The notes under the pieces are model-generated. The model was not told the DNA's origin. It made no database searches and saw only the letters and a list, made by a program, of their open reading frames with translations. Below, piece after piece: positions 29,044-38,741 of a stretch of DNA of 64,000 nt; position 1 is the first letter of the stretch; every line of letters starts with the position of its first letter. The stretch comes from a virus. The stretch is from positions 1 through 64,000 of the IMG/VR virus record IMGVR_UViG_3300032893_000010; one strand, written 5' to 3'. Both the position numbers and the translations under genes were made by a program.

Positions 29044-29324
29044 TATCAAGCAGAAGCAGGTATGCTAATTCTAAGATAGTGACGCAGACTATTAACGGAA
29101 AAGATGTACAGTATATAACTCCCTCCGCACCAGTCAAGTATACGTTCAACTATAACTATTACATAATCAGCGGCTCAGACAGGATAGATAATATAGCTAA
29201 TGCTTACTTCAGTGACCCAGCTCAATGGCATCTTATAGGAGACGCTAATCCTCAGATAATGGAATGGTTTGATCCTGACCCGGGAACTGTGATCAGGATT
29301 CCTAAAGTTTCTGCGAGTTCATGA
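29040..29324 (+). CDS. LysM-like tail X protein
   Basis: DRIDNIA..YF.DP..W..I.DANP...PGTVIRIP. Confidence 0.75.
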   Translation: MISSRSRYANSKIVTQTINGKDVQYITPSAPVKYTFNYNYYIISGSDRIDNIANAYFSDPAQWHLIGDANPQIMEWFDPDPGTVIRIPKVSASS

Positions 29325-30493
29325 TGCCTCAGCAAGTAGGGCCTATAGTATATGCCATCTATGTAAACGAGGTAAGGGTAAAAGATTTCCCTCTGGACAT
29401 AGAATTAAGGCAGACCTGGGGTCAGCATGATGTGTTCTATCTCAGGATAGAACATCTGAGGATGAAAACGTATAATAACAAAGCTTTGTGGCCTAATAAT
29501 GCTCCTGTCAGGATCATATGGGGCCAGTCTTCATCGAATACTAATACATGGTACGGCTACGTAAACCATCATGTGATAGACGCAAACTCTGATTCTGGTT
29601 CGAATACGATGCAGGTAACGTACGTTTGCACGGGGACCAGCAAGCCGATGAACACGGACAGGACCAGGACTTGGGGAGAGGTGACAGGAACTTACGTAGC
29701 GAAAACCCTGGCTCGTCAGTATGGTTTCAGGGCAGTGCTGTCTTCTACTAGCTGGGTTCTGCCTTACGAGGTGCAGGCTAATGAATCAGATTTTCATTTC
29801 CTGAACAGGATTGCTGATAAAGTAGGATACAGGTTCTGGGTTTCGGGAGGAACGCTGTATTTCATAGATCCTGCTGTCATATTGCAGGGAACAGGTAACC
29901 AGGCGATACCCAAATTCTACATGGATAAGTCTTTCATGTACATGGATACCATGCGGAATTTCAGCATGTCCCTTGGAGATAACATACCTGGAGGTGCTAT
30001 AACTACCAGGAATATCTATGGTATAAATGAGGCTACCGGAAGTCCTTTCAATGTTAAAGCCAGCAACGCACCTTCGTCTAGCATATCTCAGATAACAAAT
30101 GAGTGGCCTGTGACGACTGTTAATGAGGCGCGAAATATAGTAGATGCGTGGCAGGGAAGATCTCAGTTCTGGCTGGCTGCTACTGCTGAATTCTACGGTA
30201 CTGCTTATGTATATCCTGGTAAGCTAGTATATCTGGAAGGCGACCAACTGAATAACGAGGCAACAGGATACTGGATAGTTTCATCATCGGATCATGTGAT
30301 GAGCACTTCAGGTACTACCGATCCTACTAAAGACAGGTATGTTACTCATGTTCAGCTTCTCAAGAATGAGACGAACATATTGCCGAAGCTCAAGAGCATG
30401 CAGAAGATAGTTCCGGAGTTCGTGGGCTGTTCTCTGTTGTCCGGGCAGTGGAAGGCATCATCTCAGACTGTAACATACGATAATGGAGTTTAG
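29321..30493 (+). CDS. Baseplate hub (gpD/VgrG-like)
   Basis: Q.NESDFHFL.RIA.KVGY motif; position in baseplate module. Confidence 0.75.
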   Translation: MMPQQVGPIVYAIYVNEVRVKDFPLDIELRQTWGQHDVFYLRIEHLRMKTYNNKALWPNNAPVRIIWGQSSSNTNTWYGYVNHHVIDANSDSGSNTMQVTYVCTGTSKPMNTDRTRTWGEVTGTYVAKTLARQYGFRAVLSSTSWVLPYEVQANESDFHFLNRIADKVGYRFWVSGGTLYFIDPAVILQGTGNQAIPKFYMDKSFMYMDTMRNFSMSLGDNIPGGAITTRNIYGINEATGSPFNVKASNAPSSSISQITNEWPVTTVNEARNIVDAWQGRSQFWLAATAEFYGTAYVYPGKLVYLEGDQLNNEATGYWIVSSSDHVMSTSGTTDPTKDRYVTHVQLLKNETNILPKLKSMQKIVPEFVGCSLLSGQWKASSQTVTYDNGV

Positions 30494-31441
30494 ATGTCTC
30501 AGCATTCGGTAAGCCTGAACGCATCAAGAATACTGAACACTACGGGCGTTCCTCCTAAGCAGCTATGGAATGGTACGTACCTGGCATCATGCGTGCAGAA
30601 CAACGATCCTCTTGGCGAGGGACGTATAAAAATGTACATACCTCAGGTGATAGGAACTGCTGTATCTAACTGGGCAAGGCCGCTGGGATACACTCCACCT
30701 GACATCCCTGTACCAGGTGAGATGCTCCATGCATTTTTCGCAGGAGGAGATGTTAACCATCCTGTATGGGTTAAGATAAGCTTCGCTTCTGAGTTTGCTG
30801 CCATACAAACTCAGATATCATCTATAGGGCCTGGTTCGTGGCAGTCAGTAACACCGTCTGGAGGGTGGTCAAACTCTGCGGGGTTCATACCTATGCAGGC
30901 GAGGATAATAACTCCGGGAGTAGCCCAGGTGGTGGGAAACATACAAGGAGGATCGGTGGCAGATAATACTAAGATAGGAACTTTGCCTTCTGGATATTAC
31001 CTGCCTGGACAATCGCAGGTAATACCGGCGCAGGCTTACACGGGAGCTAGCGGAACAGAGCTGGCAGGAGTGAACGGATCTACTGATACAGGTCATCTTA
31101 ATAACGGTACTATATCAGGAGTCACTGACACAGAAGGTCTTCCTAACGGCGGAATCAACGGTACTTCAGCTTCAGCTTCAGGATCAGGTTCTCACACTCA
31201 CGGACCAGGTTCTTATTCTGTTTCCAATGGTCAGCACTTTCATTATGGTAGTTCCGGTGGTGGTACGCTTGCGGTAACAGACGGAAGTCATCAGCACACG
31301 CTCAATTCTGTTACTGTGAGCATTCCGCTGAACTACAATTCACCTTTAATAAAGATAGATGGATCTGGAAACATGACATTACTTAATTTCGCCACAGGTG
31401 GGGCGACTAAGATTACTTTTAACGCTACAGTGGTGGTCTGA
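30494..31441 (+). CDS. Baseplate spike (gpV/gp5 OB-fold) with HxH-rich extension
   Basis: NNDPLGEGRIK..IPQV, WARP, F.GGD.NHPVW; HTH/HFH/HQH motifs. Confidence 0.8.
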   Translation: MSQHSVSLNASRILNTTGVPPKQLWNGTYLASCVQNNDPLGEGRIKMYIPQVIGTAVSNWARPLGYTPPDIPVPGEMLHAFFAGGDVNHPVWVKISFASEFAAIQTQISSIGPGSWQSVTPSGGWSNSAGFIPMQARIITPGVAQVVGNIQGGSVADNTKIGTLPSGYYLPGQSQVIPAQAYTGASGTELAGVNGSTDTGHLNNGTISGVTDTEGLPNGGINGTSASASGSGSHTHGPGSYSVSNGQHFHYGSSGGGTLAVTDGSHQHTLNSVTVSIPLNYNSPLIKIDGSGNMTLLNFATGGATKITFNATVVV

Positions 31442-31833
31442 TGACAAACTTCTCTATACCATTTGCCTTGACTCCCCAGGGACGTGTCCAGGTTACTTCC
31501 GATCCTAATCAGATAGCTAATGACAGAGTAGAATCCGTGGTAGGAACCTATCCTGGTGAGAGGGTAATGCTCCCTGATTACGGTGTGGATGCTCCTTCGT
31601 TCGTGTTCGCTCCTGATCTTGTCACTAACCAGGCAGTCTTGGTCGCGGAAATCAAGCAAGCTATATCTAGCTGGGAACCAGATATAGTACTGGACAGCGT
31701 AAATCCGGTTACTTATCAATCAGACATCGGGATAATAGAAGTGGACGTTCAATTCACGCTGTCTAATGATCCTACGATTACTCCGGTGCAGGTTTGCACT
31801 GTAGAAATAGGTGGAAAGGTAGTAAACAAATAA
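31441..31833 (+). CDS. Baseplate wedge protein (gp25/GPW-like)
   Basis: T.PGERVM.PDYG and AI..WEP motifs. Confidence 0.85.
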   Translation: MTNFSIPFALTPQGRVQVTSDPNQIANDRVESVVGTYPGERVMLPDYGVDAPSFVFAPDLVTNQAVLVAEIKQAISSWEPDIVLDSVNPVTYQSDIGIIEVDVQFTLSNDPTITPVQVCTVEIGGKVVNK

Positions 31834-31943
31834 TGACGACTGTTAATCTATGCACAAAATGTAACAGGGCTTCAGGTTTGTTCAGAGACAAACCTGACTT
31901 CCTTAGAAACGCCGCTGACTACGTTGAGATAGTAGGTGTTTAG
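31833..31943 (+). pseudogene. Endonuclease VII-type homing endonuclease remnant (36 aa)
   Basis: MTTVNLCTKCNRASGLFRDKPDFLRNAADYVEIVGV: the LC..CN...G.F.D....L..A..Y C-terminus of EndoVII. Confidence 0.7.
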
Positions 31944-33483
31944 AATCACTACCGTAAATCTGGTTAAAACGCCGATCATAGCCCAGAATCCGAACTATTA
32001 CACGGCGCTGGTTCCTCCTACTACGATAGATTACACATCTAAGGACTGGCTTGGGTTCGTCACATCGATGCTGAATTACGCTAAGGTGGCTTTTCCTGAA
32101 TGGGATACTTCATCTCAGGGTGATTTCGGTGTGATGCTTGTAGAGCTGTTCGCTTACATGGGAGATATACTTTCGTTCTACGGGGACAGGCTGACTCAGG
32201 AAGCTTATCTTCCTACGGCGACACAAAGACTATCCATACTGAACATCGCACAGCTACTAGGATACATTCCTACGAATGGTTCTCCTGCTACTGGAACGGT
32301 AACTCTTCAGACTATAAATCCCGGTCCAGCGATAGTTGTCCCTGCTGGCACGCAGTTAACTACCAGCTTTGTCACATCGATAGATCAGCCTGTCATATAT
32401 CAGACGAACACATCAGTTACCGTACCTCAGAATGGAGGGACTATAACTGTAGGTGTAACGCAGGGGCAGACATTCTCCATGCAAACTCTGGGAATATCTG
32501 ATGGTACGGCAGGACAGGTCTTCCAGTTGCCTCAGGCTGATGTGGAAGATGGCACTGTGTCAGTGTACATATCATCCGCATCAGGAAATATCTTGTGGAA
32601 TCCAGTTCAGTTTCTTGTTGACAGCGGTCCTGGTGACCTGGTATACTCCTTGTCGGTTGACCAGAACCAGATGACGAACATAACATTCGGGGATAATATA
32701 AATGGAGCAATACCAGGTATCGGACTTATCATTTATGCTACTTACACCATCGGGGTTGGTTCAGCAGGTAATCAGCCAGCCGGATCAGTTGGCACGTTTG
32801 TTACACCCATTACCGGAGTTTACGTACCATTTCAGTCAGCAGGAAGTACCTTATTCCAGTCAACAGCAATGACAGGAGGCTCTGATCCTGAAACTAATGA
32901 CCAGATCAGGGCTAACGCACCGCAGTCGTATCAGGTGCAGCAGAGAGCTGTGTCAACATCAGACTTCGCAGCTTTAGCGCTTAACGTTCCCGGTGTCCTG
33001 ATGACTAATGCTGTCGCTAACCACTCAACATCAGTGACGTTGTACGCTTTAGGACCTAACTACCTGGCAGCGGATTCAGGAATACAGGCAGACATACAAA
33101 CGTACTTCTCAGATAAGATACTTGCTGGTACGTCTCTTACTATAGGCTCCCCTGGATTGATAGCTGTAGACATAGGAGCTAACGGAAACGGGATCACTCT
33201 TCAGGTTGCTGATAATTATAATCAGGGAGTCGTCGTAGCAAATGTGACTACGGCCCTTCAGGCTACATTGTCTCCTCCTAATTCCCAGTTCGGAATGCTG
33301 CTGCAAGTATCCGCGATTTACTCAGCTATCATGTCTGTTCCTGGCGTTGTCTATACTATAGTTAACATAATGACCAGGGAAGATGTGACCCAGGCTAATA
33401 CTAATCCTATCCAGTTCCGACAGTCTGAGATTCCAGTGTCCGGTAACGTGTGGATCAATGCCTCCGGGGGCATCCTAACATGA
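31936..33483 (+). CDS. Baseplate J-like wedge protein
   Basis: IDYTSKD, DFGVMLVELFAY.GDILSFY.DR, FGD..NG.IP, GGSDPET, RAVS..DF. Confidence 0.88.
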   Translation: MFRITTVNLVKTPIIAQNPNYYTALVPPTTIDYTSKDWLGFVTSMLNYAKVAFPEWDTSSQGDFGVMLVELFAYMGDILSFYGDRLTQEAYLPTATQRLSILNIAQLLGYIPTNGSPATGTVTLQTINPGPAIVVPAGTQLTTSFVTSIDQPVIYQTNTSVTVPQNGGTITVGVTQGQTFSMQTLGISDGTAGQVFQLPQADVEDGTVSVYISSASGNILWNPVQFLVDSGPGDLVYSLSVDQNQMTNITFGDNINGAIPGIGLIIYATYTIGVGSAGNQPAGSVGTFVTPITGVYVPFQSAGSTLFQSTAMTGGSDPETNDQIRANAPQSYQVQQRAVSTSDFAALALNVPGVLMTNAVANHSTSVTLYALGPNYLAADSGIQADIQTYFSDKILAGTSLTIGSPGLIAVDIGANGNGITLQVADNYNQGVVVANVTTALQATLSPPNSQFGMLLQVSAIYSAIMSVPGVVYTIVNIMTREDVTQANTNPIQFRQSEIPVSGNVWINASGGILT

Positions 33484-33860
33484 CTCAGGTCTTAGAAAGA
33501 TTTAGGTCGGCGGTTTTTGGATTAGGCAAAGTTTACGGGCCATACTGTAGCGACGGAAGAGTGAATGGTATTTACAACTGGAGCGCTCGCTCTTTTCATG
33601 ACTGTCAGGCAGTTATCGGCATGATAGGAACATTCTTAGACGACATTAAAAGAAAGCAGATAGAAGATGTGCTCCTGGTCGCTAAATTTAATCCCCCCAA
33701 AAATGGACCTAGATGTAAAAACGGACATTACTATAAGGACGTTGGACGACGCTCTGATGGCAAGTGTGCTCAGTGCGCTAGAGACTTTGATAACAAGAGG
33801 TATGAAAGGGGTCGCATGATTAACGGCATGTTGGTGCAGAAGGTAGGAGAAGTTCAATGA
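33480..33860 (+). pseudogene. Truncated LAGLIDADG-like homing endonuclease with C-terminal Zn finger
   Basis: VLERF...GLGKVYGPY...YNW resembles the post-motif half of LAGLIDADG enzymes (motif itself absent); CKNGH...CAQC finger; ATGA-coupled at both ends. Confidence 0.5.
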
Positions 33861-34633
33861 CCTTAAGTAATGTACAAGCTGTTTACCCTGACGGTATATT
33901 CCCTTGGGTTGACAGGGTTGACGAGCAGGATATAGTATTCGCTGAGGATGTTAATCCTTTAGCGGCAGAGATAGAATCTATCGAGCAGACCATAGGTACT
34001 ACTCCTCAGATAGAGCCTAATCCTCCTCAAGGTGGCACGCCCATAACATACTCATCGATATCATCTCGTATATCAGCAGCTATGGATAATTCTAATCTTC
34101 CTGTCGTATCCCTGGGCAATTCGTCATTCACCTGCCCTAATAACACGGTGGGAAACCTGCTGCCTTATTTCAGGAGATTCGATCCATTCAATTGCTATAA
34201 CGGATCTGATGTTACAGTACCGGCATCTGGGTGGTGGATAGTAACATCAACTCAGACCTGGGATTGGTGGTCAGACGGGTATTCTTGCCATCGCCTGTGT
34301 CTTAACGGCATAGGAGGAATCATACATGAGCAGTTCATTGACTGGGAATTCTCAGGCAATCTTGTTCCTAACAATCCTCAGTTCGGCGTGGTTGACGGGC
34401 AGATCGTACCTGTTCCTACTGGTTCAAGACTTCCTAACGTATTCCCCAGGTACTGGGAATTCGGCAAGAGGCCAAGGCAGACTACAACTACATGGCAGGG
34501 TCTTCTCAATGCGGGTGACAGGCTTTCTTCCACTGCGGAGAATGGCACATCTAATGCTTCTCATTCTATTTCCAATATGAGTTTCAAGGCCATCATGATA
34601 AAGACTGTGACCGGAAGTTTCACTAGTGGTTAG
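33857..34633 (+). CDS. Baseplate/tail fibre-associated protein
   Basis: D.VD..D.V.AEDVN.L..EI..IE..IG motif. Confidence 0.6.
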   Translation: MTLSNVQAVYPDGIFPWVDRVDEQDIVFAEDVNPLAAEIESIEQTIGTTPQIEPNPPQGGTPITYSSISSRISAAMDNSNLPVVSLGNSSFTCPNNTVGNLLPYFRRFDPFNCYNGSDVTVPASGWWIVTSTQTWDWWSDGYSCHRLCLNGIGGIIHEQFIDWEFSGNLVPNNPQFGVVDGQIVPVPTGSRLPNVFPRYWEFGKRPRQTTTTWQGLLNAGDRLSSTAENGTSNASHSISNMSFKAIMIKTVTGSFTSG

Positions 34634-34644
34634 GGTGAATTAAA

Positions 34645-36699
34645 ATTTCAGTTTATGGTATTACCTTATACGGAACGGAAGTATACGGGTACTGGATTCC
34701 TCCCATCTACAGGGTTGATCCTTTTGTTGCCACGCCCTCTTCTTATTCTCAGATAACTGTCACATGGAACAAGCCTGCCGGTACTATCCAGGGATTCAGG
34801 CTGATAAAGAACATGTACGGCGCTCCTGTGGATCAGGATGACGGTGACATACTTATAGACAACACCAGCGGTTACCCTGGTTCTAGCTATGTGGATAACA
34901 ACATAGTCCCTGGCAAGTATCATTACTACGGTTTCTATGTTCTTGTCAACTCATCTATAGATGAGTGGGTCAGGGCTGGCCTCACCGGCTGCCTTATGAT
35001 CAATGATTACAGTTCGTCAGGAATGATGCAAGACCTGATCCCGGGTTTCTATGTCACCAACATACTGGGAACTAACGAGCTGGTGAAAGATCCTGTAGGT
35101 AATACTTTCCTGTCTAAGTTCATGAATGTGTGCGGCTGGGGATTTGATTATCTTAGAACTCAGTACGATACATATAAGAACGTGAACAACCCATGGGAAG
35201 TTCCTCTTAACGACCTGTATACTATGGCCGGTCAGTTCGGTATCAATATCAATCCTGAGATACATCCTTACACTCTCAGGAAAGCGATCTATTACAACGC
35301 TACAGTGAATCAGCTTCGGGGGACTGTGGCAGGAATATCCGCAGAGCTGTCAGCTCTGACAGGATGGAACGCTAACATAACTACCGGACCTAACATGATG
35401 CTGAGCAACGACCAGTCGTATTTCGCTAATCCGTCTTATCCGTCTTGGTCAGCTAACATCACTTACAACACAGGGGAAAGAGTATCCTACGGGAACTATT
35501 TCTATCAGTGCATTTCATCTTCCAACAAAGGTAATGCGCCGTCAGGATCAAACTCTAATAACACCTGGTGGGAAGTCTTGCTCAGCGTAAGTGACAATAC
35601 GGTGCTGCTGAATTCTAGTACAGGCTGGCCGGACACATGGGAAATCCTGTACCCTCTGATATCTAACGGTCAGCCAGCATCTAACAGCCTTTATGAATCC
35701 ATAGGAACATCCGATCCCCTGTCAGTATCTGATTTCTCTTTCAACTCCCTCACCGGGCAGAACCTTCACGGTTCTTCTACTGACGTGTACTTAAGGTCAG
35801 TTGCCAGGACTACTGCTGACATGGCAACTGTGACGACTAGTTTCGCTCCTGATAAATATCAGGCGGCGGCGGACGGGATACCGATACCGTTCATAGGATT
35901 CAATCAGGTATGGAATCCATCTGAGGAATACTCCCCGCAGGATATAGTCACGTACAATAATCAGCCTTTCCTGGCTCTCAGGGCATCTAAGAATTCTGTT
36001 CCCCCGTATGCATCGCCAGGTTCTGCTACGCAGGACTGGGTTCCGTTGAGTTTCGATCAGCGCTTCAGGGTATGTGTGTCTTCGTACATAACGAGTTCAT
36101 CATCTGTGGCCGTGTATCCTTTCGCTGAGTGGTATGATGCTGGTGGTAATTTCATAACCAGGATAATATCAAGGAACCCTGTGGGAGGGTCAGTCGGGAT
36201 ACCTAATCAGCTAGCTTACGACTCTTTTACTGTGGGTTCTGGTACTGCGCTATCATCAAGAACTACTAATGACGGAGGAAATACATGGACTCAGAACACG
36301 GGAAGCTTTTCGGTGTCCCCGTTCGGGACAGGATGTGCTTACCCGACAACTACCGGGCAGAGAAGCATCTCTACTGTGACCACTGGGAATGCCAATGCTC
36401 AGGCAGGTCTTACATTCGTTACTTCCCCTCAGTCGGGCCAGTCAACAGGTCTGATCCTGCGGTATACAGATAATAACAATTACCTGAGAGCTGACATGAC
36501 TAAGCTCAAGCAGTGCTCTGCTGGGGTGCTGACTACATTAGGTACTTATTCACAGGCAGCAGTCGTGGGGGACAGGCTGCTGGTCAAGCTTAGCGGATCT
36601 ACCATAACTGTGTACGTAAACAACGTCCAGGTGCTCCAGGTGACATCTTCTTTCAATTCATCTAGCAGCACATTCGGAATCATAAATGAGAATACATAA
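34645..36699 (+). CDS. Baseplate gpI-like tail protein with CBM5/12-like modules; probable ATT start
   Basis: Frame is open from stop 34636-38 (ISVYGITLYG...). RGT..GI (gpI-like); WSANITYNTGERVSY and WNPSEEYSPQDIVTY chitin-binding-like repeats. Confidence 0.7.
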   Translation: MSVYGITLYGTEVYGYWIPPIYRVDPFVATPSSYSQITVTWNKPAGTIQGFRLIKNMYGAPVDQDDGDILIDNTSGYPGSSYVDNNIVPGKYHYYGFYVLVNSSIDEWVRAGLTGCLMINDYSSSGMMQDLIPGFYVTNILGTNELVKDPVGNTFLSKFMNVCGWGFDYLRTQYDTYKNVNNPWEVPLNDLYTMAGQFGININPEIHPYTLRKAIYYNATVNQLRGTVAGISAELSALTGWNANITTGPNMMLSNDQSYFANPSYPSWSANITYNTGERVSYGNYFYQCISSSNKGNAPSGSNSNNTWWEVLLSVSDNTVLLNSSTGWPDTWEILYPLISNGQPASNSLYESIGTSDPLSVSDFSFNSLTGQNLHGSSTDVYLRSVARTTADMATVTTSFAPDKYQAAADGIPIPFIGFNQVWNPSEEYSPQDIVTYNNQPFLALRASKNSVPPYASPGSATQDWVPLSFDQRFRVCVSSYITSSSSVAVYPFAEWYDAGGNFITRIISRNPVGGSVGIPNQLAYDSFTVGSGTALSSRTTNDGGNTWTQNTGSFSVSPFGTGCAYPTTTGQRSISTVTTGNANAQAGLTFVTSPQSGQSTGLILRYTDNNNYLRADMTKLKQCSAGVLTTLGTYSQAAVVGDRLLVKLSGSTITVYVNNVQVLQVTSSFNSSSSTFGIINENT

Positions 36700-36910
36700 T
36701 GCCCTATAAAGATCCTGTGTTCAGGCAGAAGTATGTTAATGAGTATAAAAGAAAGCAGACCATGATCATTCATGTTGTTCAGGAAAGAAGAGTTGTGGTA
36801 AGTGCATCAGAGGATTACTTTGCGGGAAGTGTAACATGGCGTTAGGTTTGATGAATGATGATCCTAGCATATTGTTAGACGCAATATGCTACTTAGGGTT
36901 ACGGGGATAA
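36699..36910 (+). pseudogene. Frameshifted, internally deleted endonuclease VII-type homing endonuclease remnant
   Basis: Frame 1 MPYKDPVFRQKY...; other frame DHDHSCCSGKKSCGKCIRGLLCGKCNMALGLMNDDPSILLDAICYL, the classic EndoVII C-terminus. Confidence 0.8.
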
Positions 36911-36913
36911 TAC

Positions 36914-38650
36914 ATGCCGTATACGAGCAACTACTGTAGAAATCCGTCATGCCAGCTAGGCTTACAGGATTATACGACCCTTCTGAATGCTGAAGTACAA
37001 CTAGATAATACTTCTATTCTTTACGGAACCTATTCAGCATTCATCAGGTGCCCTGGTGAGCAGGCAGGTGAGGGATGCATTCTCCCGGGCGGTATAATCC
37101 CAGGGCATTCTGTGTGTTCTGCTTCTGTGTACGTAAAAGGAACTGGATCGGTAGTCATCTATGTTGCTGTCAATCCTGGGGGTACTATAATCGCCTCGAA
37201 ACCAGTCTCACTTACGGGTAACTGGCAGAGGATAGTCTTCAGCGGCATAACATGTACTCCAGGGCAGACTTTATACCTGATAGTATCTACTGCTATAGGT
37301 GAAGAGTGCGGGATATGGGTATCAGGTATCCAGATAGAGGATTCGTCGCCTTGCCATCCTTATTGTGACGGAGATCAGGACGGCTGCGAATGGCTAGAAG
37401 GATTCTGGGGCGGAATGTCTCAGTGCCTCTACGAAAATTCCCTGGTCCTGGTATCTAATGCCCTTGCCACGTCTAACATAGTAAGCATATTGCAAAAGGG
37501 ACTGAGGGTATACATATATCCTGAGGAAGATAACCCAGTCACCTATTCAGATCTGGTGTACGTGTCCGGTCCCGGTCCTGTGGGAGCAATAAAAGATTTT
37601 GCTGTGGCCCAGTTGACCGACCCTGATCCTGCGCAGACTTATACTTCGTGGAATACCGCGGGATCATCAACATCTACAGGAGGATCATACACGCGAGAGT
37701 GGGCTTGCTTCTATCCTCCTGTTGACTATCTTGTGTCTGGAGGGAATGTGCTGTATTCGAGAGCTGCTTACATGGCGACTGGTTTTTATTTCGCATCGGT
37801 TCCTAACAGCGGAACCGTGAATCTTGCCAGGGTGCAGACTGAAGTCCTGCCTTTGTCAACTGGCTATTCTCAGCCTGCGCCGTCTGCTTATGATACTCCC
37901 AGGGCGATTCATTCTATCGTGAGACCAGACAGGCTGAATTACTGCACGAATCCTAGTATTGAAGCGGATACTACCGGATGGTCTGGTCTGGGATCGGGTT
38001 CAGTATCACAGGATGGAACTGTTTCTGTCGGTCAGATAATAGAATACGATGATAACATCCTGACTGCCGGGACTAAGAGCCTTAAGGTCACGGTTAACGC
38101 TAACGGAGATGGCGCGCAGATATCAATCCCGGACCTGATAACAGGATACACGTACATAGCATCAGCCTATGTGCAGTCTGGTCCTGGCATGGCGAATATA
38201 GTTATGTCCATAGCCAACGGGACTACTTCTGTGCTGGCATCGGGAGGTACAGGTTACGGTACGGGGACTTACGATGCTGGTCCATACGGAGGAATAAGTC
38301 CTTCTTCAGACCTGGCTACGTCAAAGTGGTTCAGGATCTACTGTTCCTTCACTGCCACATCGGATACTCATGTGCTTCAGGTAACATCCTCATCAGCAGC
38401 AGACATATCATACCCTTCTCATATATGGATCGATGCTGTCCTGGTGGAGGATGGCGAGCTTCTGCAATTCTATTTCGATGGATCATTCGGGAATAATTAT
38501 TCCTGGGAATCCACGTCAGGAAAGTCAAGGTCTTACTATTATGATCAGAGGCAGGTAAAAGAAAATGCTTTCCTTAATGTACTTGAAGGACATGTTCCCC
38601 TGGGCATAAACTACAATTCACCTCAGTATTCTGTCCCTCCGATAGAATAA
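36914..38650 (+). CDS. Minor tail protein with two CBM4/9-like domains
   Basis: NYC.NPS repeated twice; YxxSAYV, WQR/WFR, IQIE/VLVE...YFDG. Confidence 0.65.
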   Translation: MPYTSNYCRNPSCQLGLQDYTTLLNAEVQLDNTSILYGTYSAFIRCPGEQAGEGCILPGGIIPGHSVCSASVYVKGTGSVVIYVAVNPGGTIIASKPVSLTGNWQRIVFSGITCTPGQTLYLIVSTAIGEECGIWVSGIQIEDSSPCHPYCDGDQDGCEWLEGFWGGMSQCLYENSLVLVSNALATSNIVSILQKGLRVYIYPEEDNPVTYSDLVYVSGPGPVGAIKDFAVAQLTDPDPAQTYTSWNTAGSSTSTGGSYTREWACFYPPVDYLVSGGNVLYSRAAYMATGFYFASVPNSGTVNLARVQTEVLPLSTGYSQPAPSAYDTPRAIHSIVRPDRLNYCTNPSIEADTTGWSGLGSGSVSQDGTVSVGQIIEYDDNILTAGTKSLKVTVNANGDGAQISIPDLITGYTYIASAYVQSGPGMANIVMSIANGTTSVLASGGTGYGTGTYDAGPYGGISPSSDLATSKWFRIYCSFTATSDTHVLQVTSSSAADISYPSHIWIDAVLVEDGELLQFYFDGSFGNNYSWESTSGKSRSYYYDQRQVKENAFLNVLEGHVPLGINYNSPQYSVPPIE

Positions 38651-38665
38651 TTTATCCTGAACCTA

Positions 38666-38695
38666 TTGACACAGCCGACCCTTCTGTGTTACCAT
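38666..38695 (+). promoter_or_regulatory. Sigma70/HrdB-type early promoter
   Basis: TTGACA (38666-71), 18-nt spacer ending TG-T, TACCAT (38690-95), at the structural/early module boundary. Confidence 0.7.
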
Positions 38696-38731
38696 GATAG
38701 CCGGGCCGATATCGGCCCGGCTATCATTTTT
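38694..38731. terminator. 34-bp perfect palindrome with T-tract
   Basis: ATGATAGCCGGGCCGAT/ATCGGCCCGGCTATCAT (38694-38727) then TTTT. Confidence 0.55.
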
Positions 38732-38741
38732 CGGAGGGTAC

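Noticed and set aside
21285-38650. Bacterial extracellular contractile injection system or tailocin
   Set aside because: The tail genes are contiguous with portal, capsid and replication genes, so this is a phage.
1189-38650. Diversity-generating retroelement acting on fibre genes
   Set aside because: No reverse transcriptase, and no adenine-mismatched TR/VR repeat pair was seen by eye.
38694-38727. Palindrome as a protelomerase (hairpin telomere) site
   Set aside because: No protelomerase gene in the window; the promoter/terminator context explains it more simply.
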